A stretch of 64,000 nucleotides of DNA, from positions 288,001 through 352,000 of the forward strand of contig CAVUKA010000003.1 of the NCBI GenBank assembly GCA_963741945.1, in the 5' to 3' direction. This document shows positions 28,894 to 38,633 of the stretch, piece after piece. The notes under the pieces were generated by a model, which saw only the letters and a list, made by a program, of their open reading frames with translations, ran no database searches and was not told the origin of the DNA. Each line of letters opens with the position of its first letter. Positions within the stretch are counted from its first letter, which is position 1. The DNA is from an uncultured Gemmatimonadales bacterium (GTDB taxonomy: Bacteria > Gemmatimonadota > Gemmatimonadetes > Longimicrobiales > RSA9). The position numbers and the translations under genes were made by a program.

Positions 28894-29363
28894 GGGGAGG
28901 CGGCCTGGAAGGCGAGGTCCACGGCCTCCTCCGCGGACTCGGCCAGGAGCAGCTCGAGGCCGGCGGTCAGACCGGGCCGGAGCAGGACGACGGGCACATT
29001 GACCTTCGTGGCGAACGCCACTTCGGAGAGTGTGCCCCACGCGCCGCCAATGGCGATCATTGCGTCCGCGGTCCGGGCGACGAGGGCGTTCCGGGCTTCG
29101 CCGAGCCCGGTGGCGAGCGGGATCCGGATGTACGGGTTGGCGTTGCGGGCGTCGCCGCCGGGGAGGAGGCCGACCGTGATGCCACCGATCGAAGTGGCCC
29201 CGCGGGCGGCGGCCTCCATGACGCCGCCCAGCCCGCCGCAGATCAGGATGCCGCCGCGGCGGGCGATCTCGCGCCCGACCTCCTCGGCGACGCGGGCCAT
29301 CTCGTCACCGCAGATGCCGGCGCCGGCCACGGCGATGCGGATCGGCGGGCGCAGGTCACTCAT
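28890..29363 (-). CDS. TIGR00725 / LOG-family Rossmann protein
   Basis: CGGLGGVMEAA, TGLGEARN, GGAWGTLSE. Confidence 0.92.
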   Translation of the reverse strand: MSDLRPPIRIAVAGAGICGDEMARVAEEVGREIARRGGILICGGLGGVMEAAARGATSIGGITVGLLPGGDARNANPYIRIPLATGLGEARNALVARTADAMIAIGGAWGTLSEVAFATKVNVPVVLLRPGLTAGLELLLAESAEEAVDLAFQAASP

Positions 29364-30876
29364 GCGACTTCGCCCAGTGGAGCGCGGTGTCCACGGCCCG
29401 CTCCCACCCCTTGCTCTGCCGCTCGCGCTCTTCCGGGTCCATGGACGGGTGGAAGCGGTCAGGCTGCGGACGGGCGCCGAGGAAGGCATCCGCGTCAGCC
29501 CATACGCCGGTGGCCAGCCCCGCCAACCCGGCGGCGCCCAGTGCCGTGGTCTCCAGGTTGGCGGGCCGGCGCACGGGCCGGTCGAGGAGGTCCGCCTGGA
29601 ACTGCATCATCCAGTCGTTCGCGGCCGCGCCGCCATCCACGGCCAGCTCCGGGGCCGTGACGCCCGAGTCGGCCTCCATGGCGAGGAGCACGTCGCGGGT
29701 GGAATGGGCCATGGCCTCCAGCGCGGCGCGGGCCAGGTGCCGGGCGTCGGTGCCGCGCGTGAGCCCTACGATGGTGCCGCGCGCTTCCGGTTCCCAGTAC
29801 GGCGCGCCGAGGCCGACGAACGCGGGCACGAAATACACGCCGTCATTGGAGCCGAGGTCCGCGGCCATGTCGGAGGTCTGGTCCGCGATCCGGATGAGGC
29901 CGAGGCCATCGCGCAGCCACTGCACGGCCGCGCCCGCCACGAAGATCGCGCCCTCGAGGGCGTACGCGGGCTGCCCGGCGGCATCGCAGGCGATGGTGGT
30001 GAGGAGTCCGTGCCCGGACTCGATCCGCTCGTCGCCCGTGTGCAGCAGCAGGAACGCGCCCGTGCCGTACGTGTTCTTCGCCCGTCCGGCCCGCCAGCAG
30101 CCCTGGCCGAAGAGCGCCGCCTGCTGGTCGCCGGCCACGCCGGCCACGGGGAGTGCCGCGCCGAACAGCTCCGGGTCCGTCTCGCCGAACACCCCGCTCG
30201 ACGGTCGGACTTCCGGCAGGAGGGGGCGGGGGATGCCGAAGAGGGAGAGCAGGTTCGGGTCCCAGTCCCGCTCACCAATGTTATAGAGCAGCGTGCGAGA
30301 GGCGTTCGTGGGGTCCGTGGCGTGGACGCGTCCGCCTGTCAGCTTCCAGATGAGCCAGCTGTCCACCGTCCCCGCTGCGAGCTCGCCGGCCTCGGCGCGC
30401 TCGCGCGCTCCATCCACGTGCGCCAGCAGCCACTCGAGCTTCGTGCCGGAGAAATACGGATCGACCACAAGTCCCGTGCGGGCCCGGATGCCCGGCTCCT
30501 CGCCCGCCGCTTTCAGCTCCCGACAGCGCGGGGCGGTGCGACGGTCCTGCCAGACAATGGCCCGGTGCACCGGCTGGCCGGTCGATCGGTCCCACAGCAC
30601 CACCGTCTCGCGCTGGTTCGTGATTCCGATCCCGGCAATGGCGACGTCGCTCTCGCCGGCACCCGCGCCCACCCGGGCTCCGGAGAGCGCGAGCGCTTCG
30701 CGCGCCACGCGGAGCGTGACGTCCCAGATCTCCCCGGCATCATGTTCGACGCGGCCGGGCTCCGGGAAGTGCTGCGTGAACTCGGAGTAGGCGCGCCCGA
30801 GCACGCGCCCATCGGCGCCGATGACCATGCACGTGCTGCCCGTGGTCCCCTGGTCGATGGCGAGAATCGCTTTCAC
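29356..30876 (-). CDS. glpK: glycerol kinase
   Basis: AIDQGTT, ITNQRET, YFSGTK, GDQQAALFG, KNTYGTG, DGG. Confidence 0.98.
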   Translation of the reverse strand: MKAILAIDQGTTGSTCMVIGADGRVLGRAYSEFTQHFPEPGRVEHDAGEIWDVTLRVAREALALSGARVGAGAGESDVAIAGIGITNQRETVVLWDRSTGQPVHRAIVWQDRRTAPRCRELKAAGEEPGIRARTGLVVDPYFSGTKLEWLLAHVDGARERAEAGELAAGTVDSWLIWKLTGGRVHATDPTNASRTLLYNIGERDWDPNLLSLFGIPRPLLPEVRPSSGVFGETDPELFGAALPVAGVAGDQQAALFGQGCWRAGRAKNTYGTGAFLLLHTGDERIESGHGLLTTIACDAAGQPAYALEGAIFVAGAAVQWLRDGLGLIRIADQTSDMAADLGSNDGVYFVPAFVGLGAPYWEPEARGTIVGLTRGTDARHLARAALEAMAHSTRDVLLAMEADSGVTAPELAVDGGAAANDWMMQFQADLLDRPVRRPANLETTALGAAGLAGLATGVWADADAFLGARPQPDRFHPSMDPEERERQSKGWERAVDTALHWAKSHE

Positions 30877-31481
30877 TTCCCGTCTCCGCGTTCGAGCCGT
30901 CCGAACCGATACTCCCAACCGAGCCGACCCAGCAAGCGGACGAGCGTGGCCAGCGGGAGGCCCATGACTGCGAAATAGTCCCCTGCAATGCGCTCCACCA
31001 GAACCGCCCCGTAGCCCTGGATGCCATAGGCGCCCGCCTTGTCCATCGGCTCCCCGGTGTCCACGTACCGCTCGGCCGTCTCGCGGCCGAACGCGCGGAA
31101 GCGGACATCCACGCCCACCGCCGCCGACGCTTCCCTGCCATCCGGCGCCACCACGGCCACGCCGGTCTCCACCCGGTGCTCGCGCCCCTGGAGCCGGAGC
31201 AGCATGGCGACGGCATCGGCCGCGTCCGCGGGCTTGGTCAGAATGCCGTGATCCAGCACCACCACGGTGTCGCCGCCCACGACCAGTGCCCCCGGATGCC
31301 GGACGGCGGTGGCTCGTGCCTTCTCGAGCGCCAGCCGCTGCACGTGCGGCGCGGGCGGCTCACCGGGGTGCGGCGTCTCATCCACGTGCGCCGGGTCCGC
31401 GGTGCAGTCGAGCCCGAGCTGCCGCAGCAGACTGCGGCGCCTGGGGGAGGCGGACGCGAGGACCAGGGGCGGCGCGGTCAT
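30873..31481 (-). CDS. maf: Maf-family nucleoside triphosphate pyrophosphatase
   Basis: LASASPRR, DTVV, KP, GEPMDKAGAYGIQG. Confidence 0.96.
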   Translation of the reverse strand: MTAPPLVLASASPRRRSLLRQLGLDCTADPAHVDETPHPGEPPAPHVQRLALEKARATAVRHPGALVVGGDTVVVLDHGILTKPADAADAVAMLLRLQGREHRVETGVAVVAPDGREASAAVGVDVRFRAFGRETAERYVDTGEPMDKAGAYGIQGYGAVLVERIAGDYFAVMGLPLATLVRLLGRLGWEYRFGRLERGDGK

Positions 31482-31918
31482 CGCTCCAGGAAGAGCGTCA
31501 CGGGCCCGTCATTGGTCAGCTCCACGTCCATCATCGCCCCGAACTCGCCACTCTCCACGCGCCCCGGGATGCGCGCCCGCAGGATCTCCAGGAACCGCAC
31601 GTACAGGGGGATGGCCACGTCGGGGGGCGCCGCGCCGATGAAGCTGGGACGGCGGCCTTTGCGGGTGTCGCCATAGAGGGTGAACTGGCTGACCACGAGG
31701 AGCGCGCCCTGCACGTCGTCGAGCGCAAGGTTCATCTTGTCATCCTCATCCGCGAACAGGCGGAGCCCCACGATCTTTTCCGCCATCCACGCCAGCGACG
31801 CCTCGTCGTCCTCCTGCGCGAACCCGACGAGCACCACGTAGCCGCGGCCGATGCGCCCCGCGCTCCGGCCGTCGACCCGGACCTCGCCCCGGCTCACACG
31901 CTGCAGGACGACGCGCAC
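31478..31918 (-). CDS. dtd: D-aminoacyl-tRNA deacylase
   Basis: MRVVLQRV, SQFTL, GRRPSF, NDGPVT. Confidence 0.97.
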   Translation of the reverse strand: MRVVLQRVSRGEVRVDGRSAGRIGRGYVVLVGFAQEDDEASLAWMAEKIVGLRLFADEDDKMNLALDDVQGALLVVSQFTLYGDTRKGRRPSFIGAAPPDVAIPLYVRFLEILRARIPGRVESGEFGAMMDVELTNDGPVTLFLER

Positions 31919-31922
31919 CTCG

Positions 31923-33755
31923 CTATTCCACCGTCACCGACTTGGCCAGGTTGCGCGGCTGGTCCACGTGGCACCCGCGCATCACGGCCACGTGATAGGC
32001 CAGGAGCTGGAGTGGGACGGTGGCCAGGATCGGCGTCAGCATGTCGATGGTGTCCGGGATCGTGATCAGGTGGTCCACTCGCTCGGCCAGCTCCGTGTCA
32101 CTGTCGCTCACCACCGCGATGATCCGGCCGCCGCGCGTCTTCACCTCTTCGATGTTCGACACCACCTTGCCGTAGACCGCGTCGTGGGGCGCCACCACCA
32201 CCACGGGCATCTGCTCCGTGATCAGCGCGATGGGCCCGTGCTTCATCTCCGCCGCGGGGAGCCCCTCGGCGTGGATGTAGCTGATCTCCTTCAGCTTCAG
32301 CGCACCCTCGAGCGCGGTCGGGAAGTTGTAGCCCCGGCCGAGATACAGGAAGTTGCCGGCGTCCTTGTAGGTCCGGGCCAGCTCGCGGATGCTGTCGTTC
32401 AGCTCGAGGACCTGCCGCACCTTGGTCGGGATGTCCATCAGGGCGGCGACGATCTCCCGCCCCTGGACCACCGACATCCCACGCCGCCGCGCCATCAACA
32501 GCGTGAACAGCGCGAGCACGGCCACCTGGCTGGTGAACGCTTTCGTGGATGCCACGCCGATCTCGGGACCCGCGTGGATGTAGACGCCGCCGTCGGTCTC
32601 CCTCGCGATGGTGGACCCCACCACGTTCACGATCCCCATGGCCACGGCGCCCTGACGCTTCGCCTCGCGCACCGCCGCCAGCGTGTCCGCCGTCTCGCCC
32701 GACTGGCTGATGGCGATCACGGTGGTGTTCGGCCGGATCACCGGATTGCGGTAGCGGAACTCGGAGGCGTACTCCACCTCGACGGGGATGCGGGCGAACT
32801 CTTCGATCATGTACTCGCCGATGAGGCCGGCGTGCCAGGACGTTCCCGAGGCCATGATGATGATCTGCTCGGTGCGCGCCAGGTCCTCGATCATGTGCTC
32901 GAGCCCGCCAAGCTTCGCGGTCCCCTCCTCCTCCAGCAGTCGGCCGCGGATGGCGTTCTCCAGCGTCTCGGGCTGTTCGAAGATCTCCTTGATCATGAAA
33001 TGCTCGAACCCGCCCTTCTCGATGGAGTCCAGGTCCCAGTCGACCCGGGTCACCTCCCTCGAGAGCTCGCGCCCCTTGAGCGTGGAGATCTGATAGCCTT
33101 CACGCGTCAGGACGGCCATCTCGCCATCCTCCAGGTAGACGAAGTCCCGCGTGTGGGCGAGCACCGCCGCGACGTCACTGGCGAGGAAGTACTCGTGCCC
33201 TTCCCCGACGCCAACGAGCAGCGGACTGCCCTTCCGCGCACCCACGATCTTCCCCGGCTCACGGCTGCTCATGATGGCCAGCCCGTACGTCCCCTCGACC
33301 TGAGTCAGCGCCGCACGCACCGCATCCTCGAGGCGGCCGTCGTACGCTTCCTCGATCAGATGCGCCACCACTTCCGTGTCCGTCTCGGTCCGGAACTCGT
33401 GGCCCAGGCTGATGAGCTTCTTCTTGAGCGTGCCCGCGTTCTCGATGATGCCGTTGTGCACCAGCGCGATCTCGCCCGGACAATCCGTATGCGGGTGCGC
33501 ATTCGGCTCCGTGGGCGCACCATGGGTGGCCCAGCGGGTATGCGCGATGCCGCAGCTGGAGTCGGGCATGCCGTCGCCGTTCAGCTGATTCTCCAGCTCC
33601 CGGATCTTGCCCACCGCCTTGCGCGTCTCCAGCCCGCCGTCGATGGCCACGGTGATCCCGGCCGAGTCATACCCCCGGTACTCGAGTCTGCGCAGCCCCT
33701 CCATGAGGAGCGGCGTGGCCACTCTTTCGCCGATATACCCGACAATGCCGCACAT
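31923..33755 (-). CDS. glmS: glutamine--fructose-6-phosphate aminotransferase
   Basis: MCGIVG, LEYRGYDS, HTRWATHG, PRNLAKSVTVE. Confidence 0.99.
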   Translation of the reverse strand: MCGIVGYIGERVATPLLMEGLRRLEYRGYDSAGITVAIDGGLETRKAVGKIRELENQLNGDGMPDSSCGIAHTRWATHGAPTEPNAHPHTDCPGEIALVHNGIIENAGTLKKKLISLGHEFRTETDTEVVAHLIEEAYDGRLEDAVRAALTQVEGTYGLAIMSSREPGKIVGARKGSPLLVGVGEGHEYFLASDVAAVLAHTRDFVYLEDGEMAVLTREGYQISTLKGRELSREVTRVDWDLDSIEKGGFEHFMIKEIFEQPETLENAIRGRLLEEEGTAKLGGLEHMIEDLARTEQIIIMASGTSWHAGLIGEYMIEEFARIPVEVEYASEFRYRNPVIRPNTTVIAISQSGETADTLAAVREAKRQGAVAMGIVNVVGSTIARETDGGVYIHAGPEIGVASTKAFTSQVAVLALFTLLMARRRGMSVVQGREIVAALMDIPTKVRQVLELNDSIRELARTYKDAGNFLYLGRGYNFPTALEGALKLKEISYIHAEGLPAAEMKHGPIALITEQMPVVVVAPHDAVYGKVVSNIEEVKTRGGRIIAVVSDSDTELAERVDHLITIPDTIDMLTPILATVPLQLLAYHVAVMRGCHVDQPRNLAKSVTVE

Positions 33756-33773
33756 GCGTCCCGTCTCTGTAGG

Positions 33774-35165
33774 TCAGAATCCCCGGAGCGCGTCCTTCGC
33801 GGCGCGCACCAGGTGGTTAGCTTCTTCCGCTGCCGGCGCCTCGGCGATCATGCGCACGATCGGCTCCGTCCCGCTCGGCCGGAAATGGAGCCAGCGCCGC
33901 TTCTCCGGCCAGCCGAGCCACAGCCCATCCTGCCGGTCCGAAACCGGCGCGCCCAATTCGCCCACGAGCCGCTCGTAGGCGGGCTCCAGTGGCCCGTCTG
34001 GCCGCGGCACGGCCTCCTTCACGATCGCGTACGCCGGCGATGCCGCCACCACCTCGCTCACCGGCCGGCCCTCTTCGAGCAGCAATTGCAGAACCAGCGC
34101 CGCCGCCACCTGCGCATCCCGCGTCAGGTGAACGGCGGGATAGATCACACCCCCGTTCCCCTCCCCACCGACGACCGCCCCCTCCCGCTGCATCCGGCGG
34201 GCGACGTTGATCTCGCCCACCGGCGCGCGGTGGAAGGGGACACCGGCGTCCAGCGCCGCGTCTTCTACCACCCGACTGGTGGAGAGGTTCGTCACCACGG
34301 GCCCGGCGGTGTGTCGAAGCACGAGACGCGTGGCCAGCGCCAGCGTGTAGTCCTCTCCGATCGGGCGACCCGATTCGTCCACGAGCGCGAGGCGATCCGC
34401 GTCCGGGTCCGTAGCCAGGCCAATGTCCGCTCCCGTTTCCCGGACCCGCGCAGCGAGATCGCCCAGGTGCTCCGCCGTGGGCTCCGGCTTGCGCGGGAAG
34501 CGACCATCGGGCTCCAGGTTGATCCCGTGGACCTCGCACCCCAGCGCTTCCAGGAGCCGGGGCAGCGTGGTCGATCCAGCGCCGCGGATGCAGTCCAGCG
34601 CCACCCGGAACCGCCGCCCCCGGAGTGCTTCGACATCCAGCAGCGGGAGATGCAGGATCGTGTCCACGTGGCGCCGCGCGGCATCCGGGTCCTCGCTGCG
34701 GGAGCCGACCCCGTCCCACCCTTTCCATGGCGGACGCCGCGCGAGGTGCCGGCGCATCGACGCGGACTCGTCCGCGTCGAGAAACATCCCGGCTCCGGAG
34801 GCCAGCTTCAGCGCGTTCCACTCCACCGGGTTGTGGCTCGCCGTGACGATGATCCCGCCGTCGGCATCGTGGTGACGCACGGCCAGCAGGGCCGTGGGCG
34901 TCGGAACCAGCCCGACGTGCACGACGTCGCACCCGACGCCCTCCAGCGCCGCGCTCACGGCCCGGACCAGCAGCGGACCGGACGTGCGCGAGTCGCGGGC
35001 CACCACGACGCGAGGGCGAGCGCCCGACTGCTTCTGCTCGGCCAGGTAGGCGCCGAACGCCGCCGCGAACGCGGAAGCCACGTCCGGCGTGAGCGCCTCG
35101 CCGACGCGACCGCGCACGCCGGACACGCTCACCATCAGGGAATCGGGAATCTCGAAAGAAGCCAT
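33774..35165 (-). CDS. glmM: phosphoglucosamine mutase / phosphohexomutase
   Basis: TASHNP, DPDADR, GGEGNGG, RPSGTEP; adjacent to glmS. Confidence 0.9.
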   Translation of the reverse strand: MASFEIPDSLMVSVSGVRGRVGEALTPDVASAFAAAFGAYLAEQKQSGARPRVVVARDSRTSGPLLVRAVSAALEGVGCDVVHVGLVPTPTALLAVRHHDADGGIIVTASHNPVEWNALKLASGAGMFLDADESASMRRHLARRPPWKGWDGVGSRSEDPDAARRHVDTILHLPLLDVEALRGRRFRVALDCIRGAGSTTLPRLLEALGCEVHGINLEPDGRFPRKPEPTAEHLGDLAARVRETGADIGLATDPDADRLALVDESGRPIGEDYTLALATRLVLRHTAGPVVTNLSTSRVVEDAALDAGVPFHRAPVGEINVARRMQREGAVVGGEGNGGVIYPAVHLTRDAQVAAALVLQLLLEEGRPVSEVVAASPAYAIVKEAVPRPDGPLEPAYERLVGELGAPVSDRQDGLWLGWPEKRRWLHFRPSGTEPIVRMIAEAPAAEEANHLVRAAKDALRGF

Positions 35166-35223
35166 CACCATCCTTCCATGCGAAAAGAGCCGCCGCCCCG
35201 TGGCGCCGGCCCGCAGACCAGCA

Positions 35224-35253
35224 AAAGTAGGCGAAGGACGCGAGGAGAGTCAA
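35224..35253 (-). promoter_or_regulatory. putative sigma70 promoter of the glmM-glmS operon
   Basis: TTGACT-N18-TACTTT. Confidence 0.55.
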
Positions 35254-35320
35254 TCGAGCTCCCGGCAGAAAGGCGTGGAGCGCGTGCGCCACGGTGAAGC
35301 CATGGCGGCACGATCAGGCC

Positions 35321-36124
35321 TCACCCGGGGAGGTGCCGCTCCAGGAGCTCGATCACGGCGTCGGGGTTGTCGGCGTTGAGCCAGTGCCCGCCGCGCACGG
35401 CATGCAGGAAGACCCTCCCGGTCGCTTCACCCGCGGCCCGGATCCGGGAGACCGCCTCGGCGCTCAGCACCGGCGAGCCGGTGGCGCGAACGAAGTGGAT
35501 CGTGAGCTCTGCGCGAGGCGACTCCACGATGTCCCACAGGTCCTGACGGAAGAAGTCGCGCAGCAGCGCCTCCATGTGGTCCAGATTCAGGGTCCAGCGG
35601 TACTCGTCGCCCCGCCAGTCCATGTTGGTGCTCATCCAGAGGGCGACCGGCCGGGCCACGCCGGTGGCCACCAGCGCATCGACGGCCTCCTCGCGGTCCG
35701 CGAACCGCTCGGGAAGCCCCCGCATCCGCTCCAGCATCTCCCACGCCGCCCCTTCCGGCGCGCGCGCCTCCGGTGTGGAGTCCACCACCCAGACCTGCTC
35801 AACGCGCGGGTCGTCCCGGCCTCGCAGCAGCGCCACCTTCCCGCCGAACGAGTGCCCGAGCACGGCTGCGGCCCGGCCCGGCAGATCGAGCGTGTCCAGG
35901 TCCCCGGCCGTGGCTTCGAGCGTGTAGGGGGGCGGGAACCCCGTGGAGCCCCCGTGCTCACGCAGGTCCACCAGCAACGCGCCCCAGTCGGGGCGCCGGT
36001 CGACGAGCGCCCGGGCCACCGAGGCCCAGTTCCGGCCCGCGCCGTAGATGCCGTGGAGCATGAGGAGCCACTGCTCCGGCTGCGCGCCATCCGCCCGCAC
36101 CGCTCTCGCGTTCAGCTCAGCCAT
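35321..36124 (-). CDS. alpha/beta hydrolase (YbfF/ABHD11-like)
   Basis: LHG, DLREHG, GHSFGG, GHWL. Confidence 0.92.
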   Translation of the reverse strand: MAELNARAVRADGAQPEQWLLMLHGIYGAGRNWASVARALVDRRPDWGALLVDLREHGGSTGFPPPYTLEATAGDLDTLDLPGRAAAVLGHSFGGKVALLRGRDDPRVEQVWVVDSTPEARAPEGAAWEMLERMRGLPERFADREEAVDALVATGVARPVALWMSTNMDWRGDEYRWTLNLDHMEALLRDFFRQDLWDIVESPRAELTIHFVRATGSPVLSAEAVSRIRAAGEATGRVFLHAVRGGHWLNADNPDAVIELLERHLPG

Positions 36125-36213
36125 TCCGTTCGCAGCCCTTTCCCCGCTGGCACGCGTGGATAGTGCACGGTATGTTCCGTTCCCCGGACCCACTCTCTCC
36201 CGATACGATATCC

Positions 36214-37374
36214 ATGACCGATAAGCAGCCCGGTTTCGCCACGCGCGCCATCCACGCCGGCCAGCGGCCGGATCCGACCACGGGCGCCATCATGCCGCCC
36301 ATCTACCAGACCTCTACGTACGTGCAGCCGGCGCTCGGCGAGCCGCTGCAGGGATACGAGTACGCGCGGGTCACCAACCCCACGCGCGACGCGCTCCAGG
36401 CCAATGTGGCCGCCCTCGAGGGCGCGCGCCACGGCGCCTGCTTCGCCAGCGGCCTGGCAGCGATCGAGGCGGTGGTGAAGAAGCTTTCGGCGGGCGACCA
36501 CGTGGTCAGCGAGGAGAATACCTACGGCGGCACCACGCGCATGTTCAACACGGTGCTGGCGCGCCTCGGGATCACGTTCACGTTCGTGGACTCGCGGGAT
36601 CCCGATGCGATCCGCGCCGCGATCCGGCCGAACACGAAGTTGATGCACCTGGAAACGCCCACGAATCCGATGATGCGGCTCACGGACCTTGCCGCAGCGG
36701 CCGAGATCGGCCGGGCGGCGGGGGTCACCACGTGCGTCGACAACACGTTCGCCACGCCGTACAACCAGCGACCGCTGGAGCTCGGGATCGACGTGGTGGT
36801 CCACTCCACGACCAAGTACCTGAACGGGCACAGCGACGTCATCGGCGGCATCGTCCTGACCAGCGACGACGAGTGGGCAGAGCACCTCCACTACATCCAG
36901 AAGGCGGCCGGCGCCGTCCCCGGGCCGATGGACGCGTGGCTCACGCTGCGCGGCACGAAGACGCTGGCCGTCCGCATGGAGGCGCACAACCGCAACGGCA
37001 TGGCCATGGCCGAATTCCTGGCCGACCACGCCAAGGTGGAGCGCGTCAACTATCCGGGGCTGCCATCGCACCCGCAGCACCAGCTCGCCACACGGCAGAT
37101 GAAGGGGTTCACCGGGATGCTGAGCGTCGAGCTCGGCTCCATGGAGCGGGCGCGCACCGTGGTCCAGTCCACCAGGATCTTCGCCCTCGCCGAGAGCCTC
37201 GGCGGCGTGGAGAGCCTGATCGGCCACCCCGCCATGCAGACGCACGCCGCCGTGGCCCCGGAGCGGCGCCGGGCCATGGGCATCAGCGATGGACTGATCC
37301 GCCTTTCCGTGGGCATCGAGGACATTGACGACCTGCGCGACGACATCGCCGCCGCGCTCGACGCCGCCGACTGA
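36214..37374 (+). CDS. cystathionine gamma-lyase/synthase (Cys/Met PLP family)
   Basis: FATRAIH, YARVTNPT, ETPTNP, DNTF, HSTTKYLNGHSD, AESLGGVESL. Confidence 0.95.
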   Translation: MTDKQPGFATRAIHAGQRPDPTTGAIMPPIYQTSTYVQPALGEPLQGYEYARVTNPTRDALQANVAALEGARHGACFASGLAAIEAVVKKLSAGDHVVSEENTYGGTTRMFNTVLARLGITFTFVDSRDPDAIRAAIRPNTKLMHLETPTNPMMRLTDLAAAAEIGRAAGVTTCVDNTFATPYNQRPLELGIDVVVHSTTKYLNGHSDVIGGIVLTSDDEWAEHLHYIQKAAGAVPGPMDAWLTLRGTKTLAVRMEAHNRNGMAMAEFLADHAKVERVNYPGLPSHPQHQLATRQMKGFTGMLSVELGSMERARTVVQSTRIFALAESLGGVESLIGHPAMQTHAAVAPERRRAMGISDGLIRLSVGIEDIDDLRDDIAAALDAAD

Positions 37375-37557
37375 CCGGGACGCCGCTGGTGTGCGGGCGC
37401 CGCCGGTCGTCGCCAGCCCCGGCCGGCGTCCGCTGGCTGCCGGCCGAACGACGCGGAAACCCGCTGCCATGGCGATGCGTAAGGGACAGCGACCGCCACG
37501 GGGCCGGCCGCTCCCGCGGTCGTGCGTCCCACCGACTCATGCGAAGGAGCCAGACCC

Positions 37558-38553
37558 GTGACAGACCGTGAGATCGTCCCGCAGCCGCGCGTCATCCTGA
37601 CGGGCATCGGTGCCGAGAGCTGGGAGCACCCGGCCGACCGCGCCGCCCTGGCCGCGCTCCGGCGCATCCCGGCCTTCGACGAGGTGCTGCGCAAGCTTTT
37701 CGGCTTTTTCGGTGAGAAGCCGGTGCGTCTCGCGTTCCAGGCGAACGCGGTGCGGGTGGGTCCCAAGCAGTTCCCGGACGTGTTCGCCAAATACCTGCGT
37801 GTCCTGGAGACCATGGACGCGCCGGAGCCCTATCCCCTCTTCATCTCCCAGACCCCGGTCGTCAACGCCGGGGCGTACGGGATGAACAGGCCCTTCATCG
37901 TCCTGAACAGCGGGAGCATCCGCCTCCTCGAGGAGGACGAGCAGGTCTTCCTCCTGGGTCACGAGCTCGGCCACATCCTGAGCGGCCACGTGCTCTACCG
38001 GACCATGATGGTGATCCTGCTCCAGCTGGCGAACATCGGCTATCCCATCGTCGGCATCGCCGCCCGCGCCGTGCTCCTCGGACTGCTGGAATGGAGCCGG
38101 AAGAGCGAGCTCAGCTCCGACCGCGCGGGGCTCCTCGCCGTTCAGGACCCGACGGCCGCGCTCCACACGTCGCTCAAGCTCGCCGGTGGAGGCACCCACG
38201 AGGAAACGGACCTCAACGAATTCCTGAAGCAGGCAGACGAGTACCGCGAGTCCGGCGACGTGGGCGATGCGGTGTTCAAGGTCCTCAACCTCCTCGGCAC
38301 CACCCATCCGTTCCACACCCTGCGCGCCGCCGAGCTGCGCGACTGGATCGAGGGCGGGGACTACGAGCGCATCCTGCGTGGCGAATACCGCCGGCGGGGC
38401 GAGCCGCAGGCGTCGTACATGGACGATCTGCGAGCCGCGACGAAGTCGTACCAGGAGGGCGCCAAGGCCGTCTTCGACGACGTCGCCGCCGGCGCACGAG
38501 ACGCAGCCGAGAAGGTGCGCCAGGCCGTCAGCGAGGCGTTCCGGAAGCGCTGA
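37558..38553 (+). CDS. M48-family zinc metallopeptidase
   Basis: EHPAD, HELGH, ELSSDRAG, THP; GTG with AAGGAG SD. Confidence 0.92.
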   Translation: MTDREIVPQPRVILTGIGAESWEHPADRAALAALRRIPAFDEVLRKLFGFFGEKPVRLAFQANAVRVGPKQFPDVFAKYLRVLETMDAPEPYPLFISQTPVVNAGAYGMNRPFIVLNSGSIRLLEEDEQVFLLGHELGHILSGHVLYRTMMVILLQLANIGYPIVGIAARAVLLGLLEWSRKSELSSDRAGLLAVQDPTAALHTSLKLAGGGTHEETDLNEFLKQADEYRESGDVGDAVFKVLNLLGTTHPFHTLRAAELRDWIEGGDYERILRGEYRRRGEPQASYMDDLRAATKSYQEGAKAVFDDVAAGARDAAEKVRQAVSEAFRKR

Positions 38554-38633
38554 GCCACGGGTTGCCGGGGCACGCAGCGCCCCGTACGCTACCCCGAACA
38601 GCAGGGCGATCCAACCTCGACACCCGACGCACC

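Noticed and set aside
33756-33773. glmS ribozyme
   Set aside because: Only 18 nt separate glmM and glmS.
21772-35297. Very long plus-strand ORFs (1120, 843 and 1148 aa)
   Set aside because: Antisense shadows of alaS, glpK and glmS/glmM; Arg/Pro/Gly/His-rich with no motifs.
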